This document shows, piece by piece, positions 38,713 to 46,268 of a stretch of 64,000 nt of DNA. Made by a program: the position numbers and the translations under genes. Origin of the DNA: Bacteroidia bacterium (GTDB taxonomy: Bacteria; Bacteroidota; Bacteroidia; M30B66); NCBI GenBank assembly GCA_965279035.1, contig OZ257142.1:3360001-3424000 (forward strand). The letters are read 5' to 3'. Position 1 is the first letter of the stretch. Each line of letters starts with the position of its first letter. The notes under the pieces were generated by a model. The model was not told the origin of the DNA and did not search any database. It saw nothing but the letters and a program-made list of their open reading frames with translations.

Positions 38713-40028
38713 AGAAGGTTTTAATACTGAGTTATTTTTTTCCTCCGTGCAACCTCACTGCTTCTCAACGAAGTTTAGGTTGGGCAAAATACCTCCGTGC
38801 TGAAGGTTGGGATCCTATCGTTATAACGCGCAATTGGGATATTCATATTGGACAACCCGACGATATGCATAAAGATTCGGGTACCGAAATTCATCACAAA
38901 AAACAAGATGGATATGAAGTGTATTACCTTCCTTTTAGAGGGAATCTGCGCGATCGATTGTATTCAAAGTATGGAAACACCCGTTACCGACTTCATCGCA
39001 AAGCATTATCTTTCATCGAACTCAGTGGTCATCATTTTCATACCTCGTTCATCCCTTTTTCGAATCTTTACCATTTTGCTTTAAAATATTGCCATGATCA
39101 TCCCGAAGTGGAAGCCATTGTAGTAACGGGAAATCCATTTGAGATTTTTCGATTTGGTTATAAGCTTCATCAAAAAACTGGCATTCCTTGGATTGCTGAT
39201 TACCGTGACGATTGGACCACAAGTGAAGTAAATGAGAATCGTGGATTTCTTGATTTCTTCCTGAAGGAAATGGAAAAAGGCAGTGAGAAAAAATGGATTG
39301 GAACAACACATTGTATTACATCTATTTCACCATTCTATGCCCAAAAAATTGGGGATTTTGTAGGAAAGCAAGGACATGTTTTGCTGAATGGATTTTTTGA
39401 AGAAGAATTAAACGGATTTCAAAACATTCCATTGGAGGAAAATTTTACCATCATTTATATAGGGATGTTGTATCCTTCTCAGCAGATTGAAATTTTTCTA
39501 GATGCTTTTAAAATGTTGGTGGAAAAGAATCCCGAAAGCCGTGATCGTATTCGATTAAGTTTTCCAGGGATTTTGTTTTTAAAGGATGTTGCCAAACGAG
39601 TTTGTGATTACATGAAAGGCTACGAAGATGTGGTACATTTAAGTGAACGTATTTCGCGTGATAAGGTGCTCGAACTTCAAGCAAAAGCACATCTATTATT
39701 GATGGTTTCACACAAAGGCGCGAAAGGAATTCCTTCAAGTAAAATATATGAATACCTAGGAATTGGCAGACCTGTATTGGTTTGTCCAGGTGACGATGAT
39801 ATTTTGGACGAAACTTTTTCTGCATATAATCTTGGACATATTGCCAATACTTCAGAAGAAGCATATCAGGTTTTACAAAAACTTTTCGATCGCTATCTTC
39901 AAGGACAATACTCTGAACTAAAAGCTGATTCGAATTACACTTCAAACTTTGCGCGATCTCGTCAAGCAAGTGTTTTAGCAAATTTGCTTAATGAAGCATC
40001 AGAAAAGTCCGGGCATTCCGGGGATTAA
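38709..40028 (+). CDS. GT4-like glycosyltransferase
   Basis: YFFPP, WIADYRDDW, LLNGF, SSKIYEYL. Confidence 0.87.
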   Translation: MKKVLILSYFFPPCNLTASQRSLGWAKYLRAEGWDPIVITRNWDIHIGQPDDMHKDSGTEIHHKKQDGYEVYYLPFRGNLRDRLYSKYGNTRYRLHRKALSFIELSGHHFHTSFIPFSNLYHFALKYCHDHPEVEAIVVTGNPFEIFRFGYKLHQKTGIPWIADYRDDWTTSEVNENRGFLDFFLKEMEKGSEKKWIGTTHCITSISPFYAQKIGDFVGKQGHVLLNGFFEEELNGFQNIPLEENFTIIYIGMLYPSQQIEIFLDAFKMLVEKNPESRDRIRLSFPGILFLKDVAKRVCDYMKGYEDVVHLSERISRDKVLELQAKAHLLLMVSHKGAKGIPSSKIYEYLGIGRPVLVCPGDDDILDETFSAYNLGHIANTSEEAYQVLQKLFDRYLQGQYSELKADSNYTSNFARSRQASVLANLLNEASEKSGHSGD

Positions 40029-40298
40029 TCCTCCAGCCATTGAACGCATTTCCGATTCATTAACACGTTCGGCTTGCTCCAATGCTCGGTTAACTGCAAC
40101 TTGAATCAAGTCTTCTAATTGTTCTGAATCTCCTAAGTCGAGTAATTCGGGGGAGATATTCACAGCGGTAACTTTCTTATTTCCGTTCATGTGAATTTTT
40201 ACTTTCCCTTGATCAGCATCACCTATTACTGTAATAGCTTCAAGACGAACTTTAATTTCGTCCATCCGCTTTTTCATTTCCATGAGTTTGTCGAGCAT
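39999..40298 (-). CDS. ybaB: YbaB/EbfC nucleoid-associated protein
   Basis: G.A..GKVKI..NG, LEDLI..AVNRAL, C-terminal IPGMPGLF. Confidence 0.88.
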   Translation of the reverse strand: MLDKLMEMKKRMDEIKVRLEAITVIGDADQGKVKIHMNGNKKVTAVNISPELLDLGDSEQLEDLIQVAVNRALEQAERVNESEMRSMAGGLIPGMPGLF

Positions 40299-40380
40299 TG
40301 TTCAAATTTTACAGCAAAACTAATCAATCAGAAATTGCAATGAGGCGTGTTTTTTCGATGGATATTTGCAAAAAACACAC

Positions 40381-40650
40381 ATGGAAGCAACGATTGATAT
40401 TAGTCTTTACCCTTTGGATGAAAAATATGCAACCATCATCAGCGATTTCATCCTTAAACTTAAGGATAACAAGGATTTACGTGTTGAAGTAAATGGACTA
40501 AGTACCCAACTATTCGGATCATACGATCATCTATTTGCCCTTCTTCAAACCAGTTTAAAGCCAGTATTGATGGAATATCCAGCAGTAGTTGTTTTGAAAA
40601 TTGCTCGTGGAATGCATACACGCGATGCTTTACCGGCAATTTTGAAATAG
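40381..40650 (+). CDS. YkoF/thiamine-binding-like protein
   Basis: IDISLYPL...FI..L...VNGLSTQLFG.YD pattern; ATG 40381 preferred. Confidence 0.7.
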   Translation: MEATIDISLYPLDEKYATIISDFILKLKDNKDLRVEVNGLSTQLFGSYDHLFALLQTSLKPVLMEYPAVVVLKIARGMHTRDALPAILK

Positions 40651-40833
40651 TATACCATAAAATGTCCTTTTGATGAGGTGAAAAATTCGAGCTTATCAAC
40701 CAAAACACTTATGAACAACAAGTGAATAACCTCAGAAAATAATTGAAATAATTGGATTTTAAAGGGCTTACAATCATTCTCTTCGGTTGAAAACCTAGTG
40801 CATATCGCGTTCAAAACTACCACACGATTTTTC

Positions 40834-40894
40834 TTGTTTAGTACCTGACTTTGTGCACCTTTGATACAGCAGATAACAACAACGTTCTTTAACA
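40834..40894 (+). promoter_or_regulatory. Promoter-like motif followed by boxA-like element
   Basis: TTG(40834)-N19-CACCTTTG(40856-40863), 1 mismatch to TAnnTTTG; CGTTCTTTAACA at 40883-40894 resembles boxA TGCTCTTTAACA. Confidence 0.5.
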
Positions 40895-41330
40895 CATAGG
40901 AAATTCAGTTTACTGAAAATCTCAAAAAAACAGCGAATGAAAATTTGCTGCACGATGTAAACCAAGATAAAGATCACCACGTGATTCCATTTTGGGGAAA
41001 AGGGCAACCGATTCTTTCATCTATGTGATTTCGGGAAGAATGTTTCTAAATGAAATGATAGAGCGCCATTCTCAAATTAAGTGTGTTGAAATACATATTT
41101 AGCTATCGTTTGGAAGAGCCCATCATGAATTTTAGATTTCATTGATAATTTGTTCTGATTTGAATGCTTGAAACAGCAATTAAAAAAGACAGAGGAGAAC
41201 GACCACAGCACAAACCAGGCTCTTTGAGAGTCGTGTGTCTAAAGATTAAGTTAAATGCTTTGCTGAATTGTTACGGCAAATCAGCTCGAAAACGGAAATT
41301 CTGGTCAAACAGGATTTCCGTTTTTTTTTT
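40868..41330 (+). ncRNA. Candidate large structured non-coding RNA (~460 nt), family unknown
   Basis: Promoter-like motif, boxA-like element, many hairpins and a + strand terminator, with no credible ORF. Confidence 0.5.
41289..41330 (+). terminator. Strong intrinsic terminator with U-tract on + strand
   Basis: AAAACGGAAATTCTG / CAGGATTTCCGTTTT stem; T10 at 41321-41330. Confidence 0.85.
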
Positions 41331-41373
41331 GCAATTATGTCAATTGAATGGAATGAAGTATTGAAATTCTCTA

Positions 41374-41649
41374 CTAAAATTTCAAATACACATACACAAC
41401 AGCATAAACGAAAGTCATTAGTAATATGCCTTTCCCCGTTTTTTCATAATGCCCTTTCTGCATATATTGTCTAAATGGCAAAAGGTTGACAACCAAAGCC
41501 AAAACAAGCATCGTTGGTTGATCGAATCGAGTAACAACTTTACCTGTGTTCAAGGTAATAGTGACAAATTTTTCTAAAATCAAATATACAATCATAGGTA
41601 TCACAGCTCCTATCAATGCTCCAAATATGAAGTTGTCTTTCTTAAACAT
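41374..41649 (-). CDS. Small 3-TM membrane protein coupled to surE
   Basis: Three hydrophobic segments; start overlaps the surE stop by 8 nt. Confidence 0.75.
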   Translation of the reverse strand: MFKKDNFIFGALIGAVIPMIVYLILEKFVTITLNTGKVVTRFDQPTMLVLALVVNLLPFRQYMQKGHYEKTGKGILLMTFVYAVVYVYLKF

Positions 41650-42412
41650 CTTGTTCCCAACTTTTAAATTTATTTAATGCAGCATGTGCTGTAATATCGA
41701 ATTGGCAAGGAACAACCGAAACATAATTATTTTCTAATGCCCAAATATCTGTATCCGTTCCAGAATCGTAATTCTTAAAAACGCCTGTCAACCAAAAATA
41801 GGGTTTACCTGATGGATCTTTTCGCTCATCAAATTCTTCTTCCCAATTGGCAATGGCTTGTCGACATACTTTTATGCCCTTAATCAATTCCTTGCTCACA
41901 TTGGGAATATTAACGTTCAAACAAATGCGATCGGGCATTTCGTTTTCGAGCGCTTGAGAAATGAGAATACGAGCAACATCTTGAGCGGCAGAAAAATCGG
42001 CATCAATTGAATGGTCGAGCAAAGAGAAACCAATCGAAGGAATTTGTTCCATTGCACCTTCCATCGCAGCCGACATCGTTCCAGAATAAATCACATTGAT
42101 AGAAGCATTTGAACCATGATTTATTCCTGAAACTAATAAATCAGGTTTACGATGAAGAATTTTATTTACTGCTAACTTGATACAATCTACAGGAGTTCCT
42201 GAACAGGCGTATTCAATTGTACCGTCTATTTTGATTGGATTTACACGTATGGTTGCATTGATTGTAATGGCATGTCCCATTGCCGATTGAGGTTTATCGG
42301 GAGCAACAACAACCACATCTCCAAATTCTTTTGCTACTGCAACCAGCGCACGAATACCTGGTGCAGTAATCCCGTCGTCGTTACATACAAGTATTAATTT
42401 CCTCTCGGCCAT
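41642..42412 (-). CDS. surE: 5'/3'-nucleotidase SurE
   Basis: ILVCNDDGITAPGI, SGTPVDC, SGINHG, YSGTMSAAMEG. Confidence 0.97.
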   Translation of the reverse strand: MAERKLILVCNDDGITAPGIRALVAVAKEFGDVVVVAPDKPQSAMGHAITINATIRVNPIKIDGTIEYACSGTPVDCIKLAVNKILHRKPDLLVSGINHGSNASINVIYSGTMSAAMEGAMEQIPSIGFSLLDHSIDADFSAAQDVARILISQALENEMPDRICLNVNIPNVSKELIKGIKVCRQAIANWEEEFDERKDPSGKPYFWLTGVFKNYDSGTDTDIWALENNYVSVVPCQFDITAHAALNKFKSWEQDV

Positions 42413-42563
42413 GAATTATTTTTGCAGCCAAATTAGGCATTTTGGTTATGGCAAAAGAGGATTGACAAGTTGATTTATGTTATTTATATGAGAATTAATA
42501 ATAGGAATTGCCCGCTAAAGAAAACTGCGGAAACTCTGAATTAACCATCAAAATGATAGAAAT

Positions 42564-42598
42564 AAAAAAAGTCCTTCCGTAAGAAACGAAAGGACTTT
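42564..42598 (-). terminator. Intrinsic terminator after tRNA-Arg
   Basis: A7-GTCCTT...AAGGACTTT stem. Confidence 0.75.
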
Positions 42599-42603
42599 GG
42601 AAG

Positions 42604-42677
42604 TGATCCCGTTGAGATTCGAACTCAAGACCCACAGCTTAGAAGGCTGTTGCTCTATCCAGCTGAGCTACGGAACC
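42604..42677 (-). tRNA. tRNA-Arg(TCT)
   Basis: Reverse complement GGTTCCGTAGCTCAGCTGGATAGAGC-ACAGC-CTTCTAA-GCTGT...GTTCGAATC; TATCTTTG promoter box at 42691-42698. Confidence 0.96.
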
Positions 42678-42828
42678 AATTTCAGGGTGACAAAGATAGA
42701 AAAATCGATCTCTAAGCAGTTAAATCTGAAAAATCATTGCAGTTTTTCGTGATAAAAAAGTGAAATATTCGGGCATTGATTCAATACTATTTTGAAAATC
42801 AGGCACTTTGAAAAAACATTCAAGAAAG

Positions 42829-42858
42829 TTTGGAGGGAAACATTTTTTGGTACATTTG
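42829..42858 (+). promoter_or_regulatory. Bacteroidota sigma-A promoter for tRNA-Ser/tRNA-Pro
   Basis: TTTG (42829-42832) ... TACATTTG (42851-42858). Confidence 0.7.
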
Positions 42859-42871
42859 CAGCCCACGCCAC

Positions 42872-42961
42872 GGTGAGGTGGGTGAGAGGCTGAAACCACC
42901 AGTTTGCTAAACTGACGTACGGGTAACTGTACCGCGGGTTCGAATCCCGCCCTCACCGCCA
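42872..42961 (+). tRNA. tRNA-Ser(GCT)
   Basis: GGTGAGG/CCTCACC acceptor stem, TTGCTAA loop, long variable arm, GTTCGAATC, encoded CCA. Confidence 0.96.
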
Positions 42962-43021
42962 GTAAATTCTGAAACCAACCGGAATTCAGAATGAGTGCAA
43001 AAAAATTACCTTCGGGTAGTT

Positions 43022-43096
43022 CGGGATGTAGCGTAGTCCGGTCATCGCGCCTGGTTTGGGACCAGGAGGTCGCAAGTTCGAATCTTGCCATCCCGA
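43022..43096 (+). tRNA. tRNA-Pro(TGG), integration site
   Basis: CGGGATG/CATCCCG acceptor stem, CCTGG-TTTGGGA-CCAGG anticodon arm. Confidence 0.96.
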
Positions 43097-43101
43097 CGAA
43101 T

Positions 43102-43140
43102 AAGCCCCTAGTATGTTGATTACTAGGGGCTTTTCATTTT
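43102..43140 (+). terminator. Element-supplied terminator behind tRNA-Pro
   Basis: AAGCCCCTAGTA / TACTAGGGGCTT stem followed by TTCATTTT. Confidence 0.85.
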
Positions 43141-43250
43141 ATGTGAACACGTATTGAACACGATTTTCAAAATACGGTGCTTTCACGGCTCAATTGCCAA
43201 CCTACCACCCCAATAGTGAAAATAGTGAATAAATGGTCGGCTTATTCTGG

Positions 43251-43850
43251 TCATGCTGCTTGTTTCAATAGCTTCTTAACTTTCTGAACAGTTCCTAGTG
43301 CCACGTTGCAGCGACTAGCTATATCTCGTAACGGTTTTTTCATTCGAAGATGGATTACAACTTCTTTGTAGTGTTTCAGAACTTCTTCTGGTGATTCCGT
43401 TGTTCCTTTCTCACGTCCTTTATACACTCCACGCTTTTTAGCTTCTGCAATACCTTCTAATTGACGTTCACGTAAGGTCGAACGTTCCATTTCGGCTATG
43501 TTAGCCAGCACACTGACAATTAGCTTGAACGTTGGATTCTCTTTTCCGTTAACCAGTGATTCTAATCCTAGGTTATCCACTCTTAAGATTACACCCGCAA
43601 CTGTAAAGTTCTCGATTGTCTGCAATACATCGAGTGTGTTACGCCCAAGTCTTGAAATGTCACTAACAGATACGTAGTTGATTTCGCCACGTTTAATCGC
43701 TTCTAATAGCTCATTTGCCTTTGGTCGGTCATGGAATAGAATAGCACCAGAAACCTTATCCATAAAAATCATTTCATCTGGATGCTGTTTAGCCATCTGG
43801 CGGGCTTCATTCTGAGAAAAACAACTTGTCCGAATATATCTTGCTTTCAT
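43251..43850 (-). CDS. Small serine recombinase (resolvase/invertase)
   Basis: YIRTS catalytic Ser, DKVSG, ISRLGRN, AEMER...RERQLEGI, YKGR, C-terminal HTH. Confidence 0.93.
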   Translation of the reverse strand: MKARYIRTSCFSQNEARQMAKQHPDEMIFMDKVSGAILFHDRPKANELLEAIKRGEINYVSVSDISRLGRNTLDVLQTIENFTVAGVILRVDNLGLESLVNGKENPTFKLIVSVLANIAEMERSTLRERQLEGIAEAKKRGVYKGREKGTTESPEEVLKHYKEVVIHLRMKKPLRDIASRCNVALGTVQKVKKLLKQAA

Positions 43851-43893
43851 GATTCATCTGTTTGATGAACCAAAGATAATAATTTATTTCTAA

Positions 43894-44001
43894 TGTACTA
43901 TTTTTAGGGTAGTTATTTTTAGCACAGCAAAAAGGCACATAATTGCCACATATTTTTCTTTCACCTATACCACCGTTTGGTTATAGTCTTTTTTTGGTAC
44001 A
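43894..44001. promoter_or_regulatory. Putative res site
   Basis: Inverted half-site pairs TGTACTA/TAGCACA (43894-43926) and TATACCA/TGGTACA (43966-44001), the latter centred on TTATAG. Confidence 0.55.
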
Positions 44002-44028
44002 CCATGATATTTATAGCTAAACGTATAC

Positions 44029-44196
44029 ATGGAAACAATCGACCTACAAAACCAGCTTAAACTGAAACAAACCGAATTGAACCTAACATCAGATATCGAC
44101 AAACGCCAAAAGCTTGTGAATGATATTGAAATCATCAAACACAAGCTTTCGATTGACCGCATAAAACAAATTATAAAACAAATTCAGAACCGTTAG
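44029..44196 (+). CDS. 55-aa coiled-coil protein (below ORF-track cutoff)
   Basis: METIDLQNQLKLKQTELNLTSDIDKRQKLVNDIEIIKHKLSIDRIKQIIKQIQNR; stop overlaps the HUH gene stop. Confidence 0.6.
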   Translation: METIDLQNQLKLKQTELNLTSDIDKRQKLVNDIEIIKHKLSIDRIKQIIKQIQNR

Positions 44197-44837
44197 GCAG
44201 CATCCCTATTGATGATAATGGTGCTATCCAAAATATCCCAATCATCATTCACCAATCCATCTTTGACCATGTAAAACAATCCAGCTTCATACTTATTATA
44301 TGGTTCGATATCTATTCGATTGCCTACCAGATAAGATTGCATATCCGCTTTAACATCATCCAGCAATTCGTTCTTTGAACAATAGATTACAAAATGATTG
44401 TGATATCCTTTGCGATTGGTGAACGACTCAGTAGTGAAGAATAAACGTATTTCTGATGCATCACCATACTTAGCGGCTAAAGCATCATATAAACCATGCA
44501 TCATCTTAAAACATGATTTCTTGTTACGTTCATGCGCATAAGCCACGGTAACGAATAAACTCCATTCTTTATACCATAAATTCGATTGAAGTGAATCCTT
44601 ATCCATTAGACAATCAATTACATTTCGCATTGAATTGTTTTCTCTATTCAATTGCTGATTTTCATCAAACATTATTTCGCTATCAAAAAACTTTGCGTGA
44701 CTAACAGGAAATAAACGTTTATTATTCTTCAAGCGTGATTGTTCCCAATATTCTGGATACTTCTTATAAAACCTATATAATGTGCTTTTACTTATTGATG
44801 TTCGTTTTATAAACTCTGTGATATTTTCTAATTTCAT
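44193..44837 (-). CDS. HTH + HUH endonuclease (rolling-circle Rep-like)
   Basis: ISKSTLYRF HTH; motif I FVTVAY, motif II YHNHFVI, motif III YMVK. Confidence 0.65.
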   Translation of the reverse strand: MKLENITEFIKRTSISKSTLYRFYKKYPEYWEQSRLKNNKRLFPVSHAKFFDSEIMFDENQQLNRENNSMRNVIDCLMDKDSLQSNLWYKEWSLFVTVAYAHERNKKSCFKMMHGLYDALAAKYGDASEIRLFFTTESFTNRKGYHNHFVIYCSKNELLDDVKADMQSYLVGNRIDIEPYNKYEAGLFYMVKDGLVNDDWDILDSTIIINRDAA

Positions 44838-44944
44838 TTACCATAGTATATTTCTTTAAATGTTATTTGATACAAGAATCCCATACAAGAGGTATCATCC
44901 TCGCATCTTTACAATAAATACTACATATTTCTTAAAAAGTCAAG

Positions 44945-45012
44945 CAAAATGACACAGTTTAGCAAAATAAAATTCAATTACAAAGTGTTTCAAAATGACA
45001 CAATCCAGCAAA
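44945..45012. repeat. 22-bp imperfect direct repeat upstream of the HUH gene
   Basis: CAAAATGACACA-nnnn-AGCAAA starting at 44945 and 44991. Confidence 0.65.
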
Positions 45013-45384
45013 CTAGGCAATTCTAGCCCCAATTTTATTCACACCATCATAGGTATTAGTTTTAGAAGATAAAATTTTATTTCATCCAGAAGAGGGGTAA
45101 CTGAAATTCAAAATCCTCAAAAAGTATCCTAAGTAGCCCCCCCTACACGATTTAAATAATAATTAGCACCTAAACGTTAAAAAAGGGAATTAGCCGAAAC
45201 GTGTTAGCATTAATGCATAAAGTACACATAACCAAGTTATTCTACACTAATTTCATCAATTTCGGACATGCTACGAATTGTTTCATTTAAAGCCCAATTA
45301 TAAGCTGATAATGAAGAATTTTGACAATAATCGAATTGCTCCAAGCTCAACATTTCTAATTAGTATTATTTCAGCGGCAGAAGT

Positions 45385-46086
45385 TTAATGTAAAAGTGAA
45401 TCGACAAGCACAAGCGTTTCATATTCATCAGATTCAGGATTATACATATTGAGAAGAACCTTATTTTTCTTCATATCTCTATTTGTAATAAAGAACATAC
45501 TTTTATCAAAGTTGTTTTTTTCTGTTGATTGATTTTTAATGAAGTTAACGCTTTCCTCATATTTATTACCAGAATATGAATGTATGAATGATTGACTAAA
45601 ATCAGAAATCTTCAACTCGGTTTTATGTCCATCATCTAGTTCACTCGCAAAAATGTATGTTTTAGTAACTTTATCCAATAACTTAATTTCTAGCAATCTT
45701 TTTTCTGGCGAATTATAAGGCTTATCAAATGTTAATAGAAATCTTTTGTTAGCATATGGACTAATCATTCGATTATTTCCGAAACTCTCATCACAAAAAA
45801 ATGGTGGCTGATTTTTTAATTGTGTCAGTTGTTCGTCATCTAGTGAAATAGATTCGCCACCTTCAGTTTGAAAATCATATGATGGGAAACGTGCGTAACA
45901 TTGACAGCTTTTAAAACTCACAATTACCTGATTTTCATTTTCAATAATTGCTGTATCAATATTTTTTTCGCTAGGATTTTCGCCTGAATCTTTTGATGAT
46001 TTTGAAGAACACGCAAAAATGACAATTGATAAAAAGCCGATTAACAAAAAAGTTAATTTATTTGTTTTGATTGGAAAATTAGCCAT
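45385..46086 (-). CDS. Hypothetical lipoprotein (island cargo)
   Basis: Lipobox IFAC followed by Ser/Lys linker. Confidence 0.7.
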   Translation of the reverse strand: MANFPIKTNKLTFLLIGFLSIVIFACSSKSSKDSGENPSEKNIDTAIIENENQVIVSFKSCQCYARFPSYDFQTEGGESISLDDEQLTQLKNQPPFFCDESFGNNRMISPYANKRFLLTFDKPYNSPEKRLLEIKLLDKVTKTYIFASELDDGHKTELKISDFSQSFIHSYSGNKYEESVNFIKNQSTEKNNFDKSMFFITNRDMKKNKVLLNMYNPESDEYETLVLVDSLLH

Positions 46087-46268
46087 GTTAGTTCTTTGTC
46101 TGAAATGGGTTTAGCTTATTGTAAGCTTCAAAATAAATTATGCAAATATTATTGTGAAACAAAGTGAAAAGTTACATATTATTCCTAAAAGATGAACTCC
46201 ACATTAATCCGAATGAGTCTCAAGTAAAAAATTAATATTGATGAATATTGAGATTAAAATAATTATAA

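Noticed and set aside
40690-40810. oriC / DnaA-box cluster (TTATCAACC, TTATGAACA, AGTGAATAA)
   Set aside because: Each has at least 2 mismatches to TTATCCACA in AT-rich DNA and GC skew cannot be computed here; not supportable, though not excluded.
40868-41330. Identification as tmRNA, RNase P RNA or a group II intron fragment
   Set aside because: No tRNA-like ends with CCA, no GAGGAAAGTCC signature, no domain-V-like hairpin seen.
40460-41474. Short ORFs in the 40.5-41.5 kb gap (40460, 40545, 40795, 41164, 41268)
   Set aside because: No motifs; several overlap real genes or cross the terminator hairpin.
42720-43091. 123-aa minus-strand ORF
   Set aside because: Antisense shadow of tRNA-Ser and tRNA-Pro.
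43965-44162. 65-aa minus-strand ORF
   Set aside because: Antisense to the more protein-like 55-aa + strand ORF and overlaps the res-like site.
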